64,000 bases of DNA from an uncultured Candidatus Saccharibacteria bacterium (GTDB lineage Bacteria; Patescibacteriota; WWE3; 9FT-COMBO-53-11): positions 1,024-65,023 of the forward strand of contig CAZEID010000006.1 in NCBI GenBank assembly GCA_964512075.1. Direction: 5' to 3'. The notes beneath the pieces were generated by a model. That model saw nothing but the letters and a program-made list of their open reading frames with translations. It was not told where the DNA came from and did no database searches. Positions 46,735 through 56,882 of this stretch are shown piece by piece. The stretch's first letter is position 1; the number at the start of each line of letters is the position of its first letter. The position numbers and the translations under genes were made by a program.

Positions 46735-47827
46735 TCTTCGATAACTTTGATTCTACGAAATTTCGAAACTCTTTGAGGAAACGGTCTTTGGAGAACCTCT
46801 GCGCCTGAGCAATGCAATCCTTCGCTTTGTACTTGGAAGGATCAAAATTCCGCCACACCTCTGCCAACGATTCCGCCGTAGGCTCCCTGAAAAACTCGCC
46901 CGTTTTTCCTGCCAAAACCGTCTCCAGTGCACCCCCCTTCGCAAGCGCGAGGACTGGTTTGCCAAAGTACATCGCTTCCACCGGTACTATTCCAAAGTCC
47001 TCATTGGTGGGAAAAATTAGCGCCTGGCAACCACTATACAAGTCTGATAATTTCTGGTCGCTTACAAATCCTAAGAACTCTACGGTTGGCCCAGCCATTC
47101 TCTTTAGCCGAATTTCCTCCTTCCCCGTCCCCACAATCTTAAGGGGCACCTTGAGCAAATTGGCCGCTTGAATCGCCAGATCGATTCGCTTGTACGATAA
47201 GAGCCGAGAAACAACGAGGTAGTAAAACTGACGGTGGGAAGGTACAATCGCGGAGTAACTGGACTTTGGCAACTCCACCGGCGGATAGATCACCGTTGCC
47301 TCCCGAGCATAGAATTTTCTCACCCGCCGAGCCACCTCGTTTGAGTTGACTACTAGAAAATCGGGGCGCTGGGCCGCCTGGTAATCCCAAATCCGAAAGA
47401 AATTATCAAGCACCGCCAAGATTGGCCGGTAGAAGAAGAGCTCCCGCTTCCCCGTTTCGGCGGGGTAATGGTAAAGAAAGCGGGGTGGGGTGTGCACATA
47501 GGAGATGTGGATCGCCCCCGGCCGCACTTGAACCCCCTTAGCAAAAAAAGCCGTCGAAGAAATCACCAAGTCGTACCCGCGCAGATCGAGGTTCTCAAAA
47601 AGCAGGGGGTAGAAGGCGGTGTAGTACTTCAGAAAATGGGCTAGCGGTAGTTTCGGCAGCCGGAAAGAGCGGATATCCCAGTTGCGCATCCGCAAGGGTA
47701 GCTTAGTAGAATCGTAGAGGCTGGTATAGACGTGGGAGTAGGGAAAAACCTCATGAATCGCTTCCAGCACCCGCTCCGCTCCCCCGTACTGATTAAGAAA
47801 ATCGTGCACCAGCGCGACCTGCATCAC
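46727..47827 (-). CDS. glycosyltransferase family 1 (GT-B)
   Basis: C-terminal E-x7-E-type motif region (PTNEDFGIVPVEAM). Confidence 0.7.
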   Translation of the reverse strand: MMQVALVHDFLNQYGGAERVLEAIHEVFPYSHVYTSLYDSTKLPLRMRNWDIRSFRLPKLPLAHFLKYYTAFYPLLFENLDLRGYDLVISSTAFFAKGVQVRPGAIHISYVHTPPRFLYHYPAETGKRELFFYRPILAVLDNFFRIWDYQAAQRPDFLVVNSNEVARRVRKFYAREATVIYPPVELPKSSYSAIVPSHRQFYYLVVSRLLSYKRIDLAIQAANLLKVPLKIVGTGKEEIRLKRMAGPTVEFLGFVSDQKLSDLYSGCQALIFPTNEDFGIVPVEAMYFGKPVLALAKGGALETVLAGKTGEFFREPTAESLAEVWRNFDPSKYKAKDCIAQAQRFSKDRFLKEFRNFVESKLSKNA

Positions 47828-47855
47828 CTCCAGTTTAGCAGGGTAGTTGTGGTTA

Positions 47856-48803
47856 TCAGAACAACTTTAGTTGACTTTGGTCTTCTTGGGCTTCCGCGGG
47901 CGATCCTTCAATCTTTGCGATCAGCGACTTGAAATTCCACTTTCGGAAGAGCTCGCGAACCGCTGGCTGGTTAAACCCGCTAAACCTCAGATCACCGAGG
48001 TCAACCTGGAGCGGAACGGCAGTGACGATCTTGGCTAACTGACAGCTTAATTGGGCCTGTTCTTTCCCATCCGTCAGCCTCCGGGCGATCGCCGGCTTAA
48101 GATCCGGCAAATGCCGGTAGATCTCTTTCACCGTTCCGTACTTTCGCACCAACTCGCTGGCAGTTCTCTCCCCAATTCCGCGCACGCCCGGAATATTATC
48201 GGAAGGGTCCCCCCGCAGAGACTTATACTCCACCAACTGGGGAGGCCGAAACCCATATTCCTCTAAAAACTCCTTTTCGCTGTAGAGTTTAGCCTTCTGC
48301 TTTCCTACTGCGGGCAAGTAAAAGCGGACCGAACCGCCAATCAACTGCATTAAGTCTCGATCATTTGAGGCGACAATCACTTCCGCTTTCCTAGAGAGCT
48401 TTTCCGCAAGAGTCCCAATCACATCATCCGCCTCAAACCCTTCGGCAACCAGCCGGGGAATTCCGGCGGCGGTCAGGAACTCGCTCAACTTGGGTAGCTG
48501 AGCATCAAAAAGGGCCTGCTCTTCGGGAGTTTTCGGGACCCGCGTCCCTTTGTATTCGGCAAATTCGATCTGGCGGAAAACCACTTCCTTCTCGGATTCA
48601 TCGGCGGCGGCCAGATGAGTTGGTTGAAGATCCTGGGCTAAGGAGACCAACATCGAAGCAAAACCGTACACGGCGTTAATGGGTTCCCCCTCGGAAGTGG
48701 TTAATTCCATCGGATAAGCGTAAAAAGCCCGGTGGAAGAAGTTTTGAGTATCGACAAGGATGAGGCGATTCATGGCAAAAATAATAAAAACTCGGTAGCT
48801 CAA
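47856..48803 (-). CDS. stand-alone 5'-3' exonuclease (Pol I N-terminal/FEN-like domain only)
   Basis: 315 aa. Conserved acidic clusters of the 5' nuclease family. No polymerase domain. Confidence 0.75.
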   Translation of the reverse strand: MSYRVFIIFAMNRLILVDTQNFFHRAFYAYPMELTTSEGEPINAVYGFASMLVSLAQDLQPTHLAAADESEKEVVFRQIEFAEYKGTRVPKTPEEQALFDAQLPKLSEFLTAAGIPRLVAEGFEADDVIGTLAEKLSRKAEVIVASNDRDLMQLIGGSVRFYLPAVGKQKAKLYSEKEFLEEYGFRPPQLVEYKSLRGDPSDNIPGVRGIGERTASELVRKYGTVKEIYRHLPDLKPAIARRLTDGKEQAQLSCQLAKIVTAVPLQVDLGDLRFSGFNQPAVRELFRKWNFKSLIAKIEGSPAEAQEDQSQLKLF

Positions 48804-48843
48804 ACGGTCCGCCCCGACCCCAACCCGTTAGATATTACCAACG

Positions 48844-50709
48844 CTATGACCTAGTATTGCGGGCATCTTTGCCCGCGGCGATCAGCCGCTGAAACTCTTC
48901 CTCCTCCAGAGTTTCCTTCTCCAGGAGAGCGGCGGCAACCCGATCCAGCTTAACCCGATTCTTGCTCAAGAGCTTCTTTGCTTGAGCATAGGCGGCATTC
49001 AAAATCCGCATTACTTCTCGATCAACGCGGTTAGAAGTTTCCTCCGAAAGGTAGTTGCCCGGCTCCCGCAGAACTCCATACCACTCCATCTCACCAAAAG
49101 TGAGCGAAACTGGCCCCAAACTGGACATCCCAAGCTCGGAAACCATTCTCCGCGCGATCGCGGTTGCCTGGGCCAAATCGGAGGAGGCACCCGCACTAAA
49201 CTCGTTGAAGATTAGCTCTTCAGCCGCCCGACCCCCCAACAACCCCGTGATCCGCTCTAACAGCTCGGTCTGGGTGTGCTGATAACGATCGGCCGCGGGA
49301 GGGATCTCGGTATAACCCAATGCCAGCCCCCGAGAGACAATCGAAACGCGGTGGACTGGATCCATGTGGGGAAGAACCGAAGCCACGATCGCGTGTCCGG
49401 CTTCGTGATAAGCCGTCAACCGGCGCTCCTGGGGAGACTGCAGGCGCTTCTTCTCCGGCCCCAGCTTGACCTTAGTGGCGGCCTCCTCCAAATCCGGCAT
49501 TCCAATCGCCTTCTTGTTAAGCCGGGCAGCCAGAATCGCGGCCTCGTTAAGCATATTTTCAATGTCCGCCCCCGAGAAGCCAACCGTTCGTTTCGCCACT
49601 TTCTCGAGATCCACATCCGGCCCCATCGGCTTACCCCGCATGTGGATCTTGACAATGTCTTTGCGCCCCTCAATGTCCGGAAGGTCCAGCACCACCCGCC
49701 GGTCGAACCGGCCCGGGCGAGTCAAGGCGGGGTCCAAAAGCTCCGGGCGATTCGTTGCCGCTAACACGATTACGTTGTCAGAGGGGGTAAATCCATCCAT
49801 CTCGGTGAGAATTTGATTAAGAGTTTGCTCTCTCTCCTCGTGCCCGCCGGTAATCCCCATCCCCCGCTGGCGACCGATCGATTCAATTTCATCAATGAAG
49901 ATAATCGAAGGCGCGCTCCGCTTGGCGGTGTCAAAAAGGTCCCGTACTCGGGCCGCTCCCACTCCGACTAGCATCTCCATAAACTCTGAGCCCGACATCG
50001 AGTAGAACGGAACATGGGCCTCCCCCGCTACCGCCCGCGCTAAAAGGGTCTTCCCGGTTCCGGCCGGACCAACCAGCAACACTCCCTTCGGAATCCGCGC
50101 CCCCAAGGCACGGTACTTGCCCGGATTTTTGAGAAAATCCACCACCTCCAGCAGCTCTTGCTTAGCCTCGTCCACGCCAGCCACATCGTTGAAAGTCACC
50201 CCCGGCTTCCGCCCCCGCTCAAAAAGAACTGCCCGAGAGCGGCCGAAAGAAAGAATATCCGCCGTCCCGCCGCGGGCTTGCCGAATGAAATAGAAAAAGA
50301 TTAAAGCAATCAGAAAGACCGGAAGCAGACTTAACAGAATATCTCCCCAAGGCAACCCCTCGGCCACAACCACGCCGTCGGGGATGGAAGCGGGATCCGC
50401 CCCCGCCTGACTAAGAGTGGCGAGGAAGTCGGTCGCAACCTCCCGGCGGGAAACAATTTCTTCCCCCGAATTGAGCGTCACCGTTAGTTGGTTTCCGTTG
50501 ACCACGACTTGCCGAACCTCGCCGTTCTTGATTTTCGTAATCACTTGGGAGATCGGCAATTCGGTTGGTCGAGAAATAGGAACCAGAAAAGACCAAGCCA
50601 CTAAACCAATGAGCGCTAAAACTAGCAGAGTTTGCCAAAAATTGAATCGAGGCGGGGGCGGAGACATCGGGGCCGGCCGCATTTTTTGGGGGAACCGGTA
50701 TCGTTCCAT
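48844..50709 (-). CDS. ftsH: ATP-dependent zinc metalloprotease FtsH
   Basis: AAA Walker [18 protein letters not shown] zinc site. Start trimmed to an internal Met to avoid overlap with trpS. Confidence 0.85.
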   Translation of the reverse strand: MERYRFPQKMRPAPMSPPPPRFNFWQTLLVLALIGLVAWSFLVPISRPTELPISQVITKIKNGEVRQVVVNGNQLTVTLNSGEEIVSRREVATDFLATLSQAGADPASIPDGVVVAEGLPWGDILLSLLPVFLIALIFFYFIRQARGGTADILSFGRSRAVLFERGRKPGVTFNDVAGVDEAKQELLEVVDFLKNPGKYRALGARIPKGVLLVGPAGTGKTLLARAVAGEAHVPFYSMSGSEFMEMLVGVGAARVRDLFDTAKRSAPSIIFIDEIESIGRQRGMGITGGHEEREQTLNQILTEMDGFTPSDNVIVLAATNRPELLDPALTRPGRFDRRVVLDLPDIEGRKDIVKIHMRGKPMGPDVDLEKVAKRTVGFSGADIENMLNEAAILAARLNKKAIGMPDLEEAATKVKLGPEKKRLQSPQERRLTAYHEAGHAIVASVLPHMDPVHRVSIVSRGLALGYTEIPPAADRYQHTQTELLERITGLLGGRAAEELIFNEFSAGASSDLAQATAIARRMVSELGMSSLGPVSLTFGEMEWYGVLREPGNYLSEETSNRVDREVMRILNAAYAQAKKLLSKNRVKLDRVAAALLEKETLEEEEFQRLIAAGKDARNTRS

Positions 50710-50713
50710 AAAT

Positions 50714-51727
50714 TTACTCAATCCCAATTGCCTCCCTAACTTGGGACAATGTTTTTTGGGCAATTGGCAAAACTTTTCTCCTGCCTTCCTCCAGAATCTT
50801 ATCTAAGTTAGCATCTTTGGCAAGCTTTTGTCGCCGATCCCGAATCGGATCCAAGAAGTCGTTCAAAACCTGGGCGAGATATTCCTTCACTTCCACATCT
50901 CCAATCGCTCCCCTTTGGTAGCGCTCTTTTAGCTCTTCTACCCGAGGGTGATTGGGATCGAACGCGTCTAGGTAGGCAAAAACCGGATTCCCCTCCAGGT
51001 GCCCAGGATCGGTTGAGCGAATTCGGGAGGGATCGGTATACATTCGCCGGACCTTCTCCCGAACTTCTCCCTCGCTATCGGAGAGCATAATCGCGTTGCC
51101 GAGAGACTTGCTCATTTTGGCCTTCCCATCGATCCCGGGCAAAACTTCGCCTCGGATCAAAGCCTCCGGCACCGGAAAAACCGCACCAAAGTTCCGATTG
51201 AAATCCCGAATAATTTCCCGAGTTACCTCCAAGTGGGAAGCCTGATCCCTCCCCACCGGCACTAACTCTCCCTTAACCAACGCGATATCCGCCGCTTGAA
51301 GAACCGGGTAGCCCAAAAGTCCAAAGGAGGGCTGGGCAATCTTCTCATCGCGCATTACTTCTTTAAGAGTCGGAACCCGCCCGAGGCGGGGAACGGTCAC
51401 TAACATCCCGAAGAGGAGAGCGAGCTCGGCGACTTGGGGCACGTCGGATTGGCGGTAGAAAGTGGCCTTTTCGGGGTCGAGACCGACGGACAGGTAATCG
51501 AGCAGCAGCGCGCGGGTGTACTCTTTGATTCGGGCGGTTTTCTCCCGGCTGATTCCCCGAGTCAGGGTGTGGTAATCGGCAATTAGAATGAAAACCTCGG
51601 CCTGTCCCTGTAATTCCAAGCGGGCTTTCAGACTCCCAACATAGTGGCCCAAATGAAGGGGCCCGGTCGGTCGGTCGCCGGTCAAAACTCTTTTACCTAT
51701 CCCGAGAAAAGCCGAGGGATTAGCCAT
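50714..51727 (-). CDS. trpS: tryptophan--tRNA ligase
   Basis: HIGH-type motif PTGPLHLGH and KMSKS. Start at MANPSAF. Confidence 0.85.
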   Translation of the reverse strand: MANPSAFLGIGKRVLTGDRPTGPLHLGHYVGSLKARLELQGQAEVFILIADYHTLTRGISREKTARIKEYTRALLLDYLSVGLDPEKATFYRQSDVPQVAELALLFGMLVTVPRLGRVPTLKEVMRDEKIAQPSFGLLGYPVLQAADIALVKGELVPVGRDQASHLEVTREIIRDFNRNFGAVFPVPEALIRGEVLPGIDGKAKMSKSLGNAIMLSDSEGEVREKVRRMYTDPSRIRSTDPGHLEGNPVFAYLDAFDPNHPRVEELKERYQRGAIGDVEVKEYLAQVLNDFLDPIRDRRQKLAKDANLDKILEEGRRKVLPIAQKTLSQVREAIGIE

Positions 51728-51857
51728 AACAGAGAAATGATAACACTCATTTAATAGGCGGGAGAAGCGAACCGAGTGAGAAAAATAAAACAACGGGTGG
51801 TTTGCCGTCCGAAGCCCTGGCGAAGGGTGCTCACAAACGGAGCGATCGATCGGCGCT

Positions 51858-51932
51858 TGGTGGCGACGGGAGGATTCGAACCTCCGACCTAAGCTTTATG
51901 AGGGCTCCGCTCTACCCCTGAGCTACGTCGCC
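51858..51932 (-). tRNA. tRNA-Met (anticodon CAT), elongator-like with a G1:C72 pair
   Basis: 75-nt cloverleaf. Acceptor GGCGACG/CGTCGCC, anticodon loop CTCATAA, T-loop TTCGAAT, CCA encoded. Confidence 0.8.
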
Positions 51933-51990
51933 GACAGCCGGGTACCAGATCTACGAAGGCCGATCCTTCCGAAGCTTTGGCGAAGGAGAG

Positions 51991-52065
51991 TGGTTGCGGG
52001 CCCTGGAATTGAACCAGGTCCTCGTGGTTATGGGCCACGCGTGGTAACCGTTCCACCAGCCCGCT
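51991..52065 (-). tRNA. tRNA with anticodon CAT and a mismatched 1:72 position (candidate initiator tRNA; Ile2/lysidine type not excluded)
   Basis: 75-nt cloverleaf. Acceptor AGCGGGC/GCCCGCA with A1xA72, anticodon stem CGTGG/CCACG, loop CCCATAA, T-loop TTCAATT, CCA encoded. Confidence 0.7.
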
Positions 52066-52145
52066 ACGGCAACTTTATTATACCCCAGGTGGAAAAACCC
52101 GCTCCGAAGAGAGGGATCCAAGCCAAGAAAAAAGAATCCAATTTC

Positions 52146-52532
52146 TTAGTTTTCAAAGAAAAGCTGGCGCCACTGCTTCCAGTAAGGAGAAGGTTCCTCG
52201 GAGGCTGCTGCCGCTGGAGGAGCCGTTCCCTCCGAGCGAGATCCCTCGGCCGAAGTCTTCTCCTTCTCTACCCAGTCGGGCAAGACGGCGATAACCTCGC
52301 CCGGCCTAGTCAAACCCAACTGCTCCAGCGCCACTTTGTAAATAAAGTCGGCAGATTTGCGATAGGCCAGCTCCTCTTGCTTGTCTTTTAGTTTTTCCTC
52401 CAACTCGGCGACCTGCTCTCGGAGGAACCCCAGCTCATTGCTCCGCAAACGAATTTTCGAGTAGCTTAGAACGGATTGATAGAGAAAGAAACCCGATAGC
52501 AGTAGGAGGAAAAGAAAGGCAAGTTTTGTCAT
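52146..52532 (-). CDS. FtsB/DivIC-like septum formation initiator
   Basis: N-terminal TM followed by a coiled coil (EQVAELEEKLKDKQEELA). Confidence 0.55.
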   Translation of the reverse strand: MTKLAFLFLLLLSGFFLYQSVLSYSKIRLRSNELGFLREQVAELEEKLKDKQEELAYRKSADFIYKVALEQLGLTRPGEVIAVLPDWVEKEKTSAEGSRSEGTAPPAAAASEEPSPYWKQWRQLFFEN

Positions 52533-52727
52533 GGGCGGAAAAGAGCGCTGGAAAGCACTCGGTTGCTCGTTTGAACTAAATAAGGGCAGGGCATTGAAAT
52601 CATTTTAGCAGAGACCTCCGCGAACGCGGCCGCCTCCAATCGGGATGAGCTCCCCGCTAAAATCCGAGGCGCAGGGCTAGTTAGGATACTTGACTTCCCT
52701 ATGGGCCAGTGGTAATCTTCTTCTGAA

Positions 52728-53603
52728 ATGATTCCGCTGCGAGAAGCGCATCAAAAATTCATCGAGCATCTAAGAGAGAAAAATCGTTCCCAGTCCACAG
52801 TTCTAGCCTACGGCAAAGATATTGATCAGCTCATAGAGTTCCTTGAGGAGCTCGAAAAAGCGCACATCGCCGAGATCACTAAAGACGACCTGGAAGCCTT
52901 TCTGGCCAAGCTACTCAAAAATGGCTACACCCCCAAGTCGGTTTCCCGGAAAACGAACGCCGTCAAAACCTTCTTTCGCTTCCTAAAAGTCAACGAGTAC
53001 ATCACCGACGATCCCGCTCTCCTCGTCGCACATCCCAAATTTGAGAGCAAGCCTCCCCGAATCCTTTCAGAGACCGAGTACCGGGCCCTCCGAGATGCGG
53101 TCCAAAACGATACGCGGACCTACGCTATCGTGGAAGTTCTTCTCCAAACTGGTATCCGAATTGGAGAACTATCTCGACTGAAGATGAATGATATCAAGTT
53201 CGGCAGCGGCACTCGCGCTGGGGAAATTCGCATCGCTCCTTTTAACCGCCATCCCGAAAGAAGCGTACCCCTCAACCCCCGCGCCCAAAAAGCTCTCAAG
53301 GCCTACTTAGAGGAACGGCCCGAAGTAAAGAGTGAGAACGTCTTCGTCACCCGGACCGGCAAGCCCCTTCTGGTCCGGAACATCCGGGCTACCATCAAGC
53401 GCTACTTAGAATTGGTTGGGATTGAGGACGCCACCGTCAACGACCTCCGCCACACCTTCATCGCTCACCACCTCAAGCGAGGGGCTTCGCTAGTGTTAGT
53501 CAGCAAAATTGCTGGTCACCGCCGCCTGTCGACGACTGAGAAGTACTTAGAACACATTGATATTACTGCTCCCCAGGAGAAGATGGAGATAGCGGAGCTC
53601 TAA
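52728..53603 (+). CDS. tyrosine-type site-specific recombinase (XerC/XerD-like)
   Basis: N-terminal SAM-like domain. Catalytic R...HxxR...Y (RHTFIAHHLKRG...TEKYLEH). Confidence 0.8.
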   Translation: MIPLREAHQKFIEHLREKNRSQSTVLAYGKDIDQLIEFLEELEKAHIAEITKDDLEAFLAKLLKNGYTPKSVSRKTNAVKTFFRFLKVNEYITDDPALLVAHPKFESKPPRILSETEYRALRDAVQNDTRTYAIVEVLLQTGIRIGELSRLKMNDIKFGSGTRAGEIRIAPFNRHPERSVPLNPRAQKALKAYLEERPEVKSENVFVTRTGKPLLVRNIRATIKRYLELVGIEDATVNDLRHTFIAHHLKRGASLVLVSKIAGHRRLSTTEKYLEHIDITAPQEKMEIAEL

Positions 53604-53633
53604 AATCCTAAACTATCGCATGGAAAGGAGCTG

Positions 53634-53653
53634 GCCGCGAAAGCGGCTTTTTT
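53634..53653 (+). terminator. rho-independent terminator
   Basis: GCCGC-GAAA-GCGGC followed by TTTTTT. Confidence 0.5.
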
Positions 53654-53951
53654 AATTAATAAAGGGTTGGCTGGGTCAAAGTCGCCTAATGTGGGTGGAG
53701 AGAATCAGTATCCAGATCGAGACCAACAACCACTGCGTGGAGGCCAGCCAAATGTCACCGAAAAAAGCACCGTAGGTCGCTAATCCTAGTGCCACTAGAG
53801 AAAAAATGTCTAGGGCAACGTGAAGTTGGGAGCGATACGGATCAAGAATTTTCAATTGTTTTCACCACCTTTCTAATTTGGTAGACAGGAGAGGATTCGG
53901 GCCGCCGCCTTAAACGGCTATTCGCCTCCGGCGAATTCTCCCGCCCACCAA

Positions 53952-54027
53952 TGGTGGGCACCCCTGGATTCGAACCAGGAACCCCCAAGGTATAAGCTTG
54001 GTGCTCTAACCATTAAGCTAGGTGCCC
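53952..54027 (-). tRNA. tRNA-Ile (anticodon TAT)
   Basis: 76-nt cloverleaf. Acceptor GGGCACC/GGTGCCC, anticodon stem CCAAG/CTTGG with loop CTTATAC (UAU), T-loop TTCGAAT, CCA encoded. Confidence 0.75.
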
Positions 54028-54049
54028 TCTTCCTATATTCTACCAGCGG

Positions 54050-54376
54050 TCATCTAACCGTAGCTCCTGGCTTAACCTCTTCCTCGGGAACAATCAGGAT
54101 CGGGCGGCCATTCTCCTCCGCGGCCAGAAGCATTCCTTCGGAAGAGATTCCCCGAACCTCTTTCGGCTCCAGATTTGCCACCACGACCACGCTTTTTCCC
54201 AAGAGCTCGTAGGGCTGAAAAAACTCCTTTACCCCGGCCAGGATTGTCCGCGCTCTGCTCTCCCCCAGATCGACCTCCAATTTATAGAGCTTGTCGAGAC
54301 CTTCGACCTCTTCCACGTTCCTGACCTTCCCAACGCGCAATTCAATTCTCTTAAACTCCTCAAAAGAGACGCTCAT
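54050..54376 (-). CDS. tRNA-binding protein (CsaA/Myf-domain OB-fold)
   Basis: 108 aa resembling the MetRS C-terminal/EMAP domain (KLYKLEVDLGE...RTILAGV). Confidence 0.7.
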   Translation of the reverse strand: MSVSFEEFKRIELRVGKVRNVEEVEGLDKLYKLEVDLGESRARTILAGVKEFFQPYELLGKSVVVVANLEPKEVRGISSEGMLLAAEENGRPILIVPEEEVKPGATVR

Positions 54377-54405
54377 CTTTCATTACCGGCCGCAAACCAC
54401 CGCGC

Positions 54406-54615
54406 TTACCAGTCCCCCTGCTTTATGTGGTCGGCGATGTGATTCTTCAAGTTGCGAATGTCTTCCTCGTGGCGCTTGTGAAGGTCCTCCCAGAGAGCTG
54501 CACACTGCGGACAATCTTTGGAATCCTCCTTGTAGTACTTGTCGTAGCGCCAAACGGAGTCCATCAGCTCCGAAAGCTGCTGGATCAAGTTGTGGTGATG
54601 ATTAGGAGTTGTCAC
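54406..54615 (-). CDS. hypothetical small protein (69 aa)
   Basis: Strong RBS GAAGGGGGTGG before the ATG. His-rich, with one CPQC motif. Confidence 0.4.
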   Translation of the reverse strand: MTTPNHHHNLIQQLSELMDSVWRYDKYYKEDSKDCPQCAALWEDLHKRHEEDIRNLKNHIADHIKQGDW

Positions 54616-54688
54616 TATGGGAATCCACCCCCTTCCTATCTCTAGGATAACAAAAGGACGGCTTTTAATGACCGTCCTTAGGAAGAAG

Positions 54689-55219
54689 CTAGATTCCTAA
54701 CCAGCGCTCCAATCCCATCCGGATCAAGGAAAACACCCCTCCGTACAAAGGGAGAAACCAGGTTAGAACTTCCACCGCGCACCCGACCCAAACCAGCAAC
54801 AGGGCTCTCCCCCAGTATTTTCGGGAGTAAGCGAAGCGAATCACCAGTACTCCCGTAAGCACGCCCCCGACGACGAAGGTAACCAGCGTCCAAAGCGGGG
54901 AGACTTGGAGCAGATCCTCGTACCGCGAGAGCTTACTCTTGATCCAGTTGAGGACCCGGTACTCCTTCTGAGGCCGCAGGTGTGCCAGCCTCTCCCGCGC
55001 CCGATCGAACACCCTCCCCCGCAGGATCAGGAGGTAAAAGACCGTCCCCCAAACGCCATAGACTAGAAAGGCCGCCAACGCCGACCACCAGATTCCTCGG
55101 ATAGCAACGAGAGGAACGAAAACAAATGCCCAAAAGCCGCGGAAACCGATGAGGTAGATCGCCAGCCAAATCGGCAGCAGGATTCGCCCCAGTCCGATCC
55201 AGAATCGGAAGGTCTTCAC
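54689..55219 (-). CDS. hypothetical membrane protein (4-5 TM)
   Basis: Hydrophobic 176-aa ORF. Confidence 0.45.
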   Translation of the reverse strand: MKTFRFWIGLGRILLPIWLAIYLIGFRGFWAFVFVPLVAIRGIWWSALAAFLVYGVWGTVFYLLILRGRVFDRARERLAHLRPQKEYRVLNWIKSKLSRYEDLLQVSPLWTLVTFVVGGVLTGVLVIRFAYSRKYWGRALLLVWVGCAVEVLTWFLPLYGGVFSLIRMGLERWLGI

Positions 55220-55377
55220 CGATCTTCTCCTTCCTTTTTGGTTTTGAAGAGAATTATATGGTAACCGGGGGAAAGGAGCAACAGAACCGCCCCAGTGAGC
55301 GAACAGAGATCTGCGCGCTCAACGGGGCGGTCCATCAACCGCTCCCACCCGGACCGGATGGGGAACGGTAAGTGCGA

Positions 55378-55581
55378 TTACCCTCTCTTAAGATAAGGAA
55401 GACCGGTGCGAGGGTTCTCCTCAACCTTCATTCCGGCGGGAACCGCATCCAACGATCCGGAGCGAACATCCGGAGCGAAGTAGTAGATCGTCTGCTGCTT
55501 GCCGGTGTTCTTAAGAGTAACGGTCTTGCCGTGCAAGTAGTAGGTCCGACCGCTCTTCTTTGAAACGTGACTGTAGGCCAT
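55378..55581 (-). CDS. hypothetical small protein (67 aa)
   Basis: ORF with GRTYYLHGKTV...TIYYF. The RBS-like sequence lies inside the proposed 5' region. Uncertain. Confidence 0.35.
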   Translation of the reverse strand: MAYSHVSKKSGRTYYLHGKTVTLKNTGKQQTIYYFAPDVRSGSLDAVPAGMKVEENPRTGLPYLKRG

Positions 55582-55851
55582 TAATTTTCACCCCCTCTCA
55601 AAGAAATAAAAATGCCCCCAAGGACCCGAACCCTCCTCTGGAAGGGCAGCAATTGCAATTTACAGGAAAGATATCCTGATTGTCAAGTAAGCACCCGCAA
55701 TCCGCCTTGGGCGGGTGAGGCACTTACTTGCCCCCTCTCGCAAAACGAGGGCGAAACAAGAGTGCAGACGCAGGCGTTAGCCGAGGAGCACTCTCGTGGG
55801 GGCGAGCCACAAGCGGGGCCACAACAATAGCGCACTCGTAGAACTCGCCCA

Positions 55852-56763
55852 TTACTTAAACTTTAGCGGAACGGAAACCAGGTCCAGAATCGATCCATCC
55901 CTGGGAGAGGTGTGGTAAACCTCCAGTGTCCCAAGCGAACTGGAAGTGGAAAAAGTGATCGGAATATCAAAATACCCCAGTTCCCCTGGTTCAGAAGCAT
56001 TGTAGACAACGGAATCCTGGAAGAGGACCGTCCCTTCAGCCGTAACCAGCCGCACCACCAAAGTATTTTCAAAAGCGCCCCGCGCCGCACCCGCCAAACG
56101 GAAGGAGGCCTCCACCGCGTCCCCCGGCCAGGGGGTATCAAGGTAGATGTCTTTACCCCAAGGAGCCGCCGCCGTTCCTTCTATAAACTTCCAACTGGAG
56201 AGCAGCGCTTCGTAAAGGGAGAGATTTGTCGAATAGCCGTCCGGTGAGGAAAGCATCGTCACGCTGTAGGTTCGACCAAACTTCTCCAAGACCACGACCG
56301 CTTTCCGATAGTTAGGAAAAAAATTGTCATCGACTGGAAGAATCCCATCGATTCGTACGGCCGGGGAAGAATCGACCGTGGCAGTCGCGGTCACGGGATT
56401 CTTTAAGGACTGAAGCTGCTGAGCAATTACCGTCGCACTATCTTGCCGCGAAACCAAAATGGTAAAAACCCCGCCATACTCGCCTGCCTCGGGAATGGGG
56501 AAGGCATCAAACCCCACTTGGAGCTGGGAGTAGCCGAACTCCCGGTAATGCCAACCGGAGGGGTAGCAAACTTGATACCCTTGCCGAGAGTTCATATAGG
56601 TTTGACCAACACAGGTCTCTCCCTCTCCAGCCCCCTCTTTCGCTGGCCCGCCAGTAAGGGAACCCATCCACTTGGTAATCGAAGAGCGGAAATAGAAGAC
56701 GGCACCGACCCCCAGCGCCACCACTAAAACAATCAGAAGGAAAAGAAGAGCTCGCTTGGGCAC
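55852..56763 (-). CDS. secreted/membrane-anchored hypothetical protein
   Basis: N-terminal TM LLFLLIVLVVALGVGAVFYF followed by a beta-rich extracytoplasmic domain. Confidence 0.5.
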   Translation of the reverse strand: MPKRALLFLLIVLVVALGVGAVFYFRSSITKWMGSLTGGPAKEGAGEGETCVGQTYMNSRQGYQVCYPSGWHYREFGYSQLQVGFDAFPIPEAGEYGGVFTILVSRQDSATVIAQQLQSLKNPVTATATVDSSPAVRIDGILPVDDNFFPNYRKAVVVLEKFGRTYSVTMLSSPDGYSTNLSLYEALLSSWKFIEGTAAAPWGKDIYLDTPWPGDAVEASFRLAGAARGAFENTLVVRLVTAEGTVLFQDSVVYNASEPGELGYFDIPITFSTSSSLGTLEVYHTSPRDGSILDLVSVPLKFK

Positions 56764-56882
56764 GCCACTATTGTCCCAAAAAAGATCTTGGGGAGCAAGG
56801 GCTTAACCAGAGCGCCGAGCTATCCCTTAACCAATTCAAACCACGCGTTCCGCGCCCTCTCGGGTTGCTCTCGCAAAGAAGG

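Noticed and set aside
51858-54027. Possible tRNA-associated integrative island (tyrosine recombinase adjacent to the 3' end of tRNA-Ile, bounded by tRNA-Met genes)
   Set aside because: The interval contains only ftsB-like and xerC/D-like genes, both plausibly housekeeping. There are no phage or cargo genes. I could not find a direct repeat of the tRNA 3' end that would mark an att site. It is more likely the chromosomal dimer-resolution recombinase.
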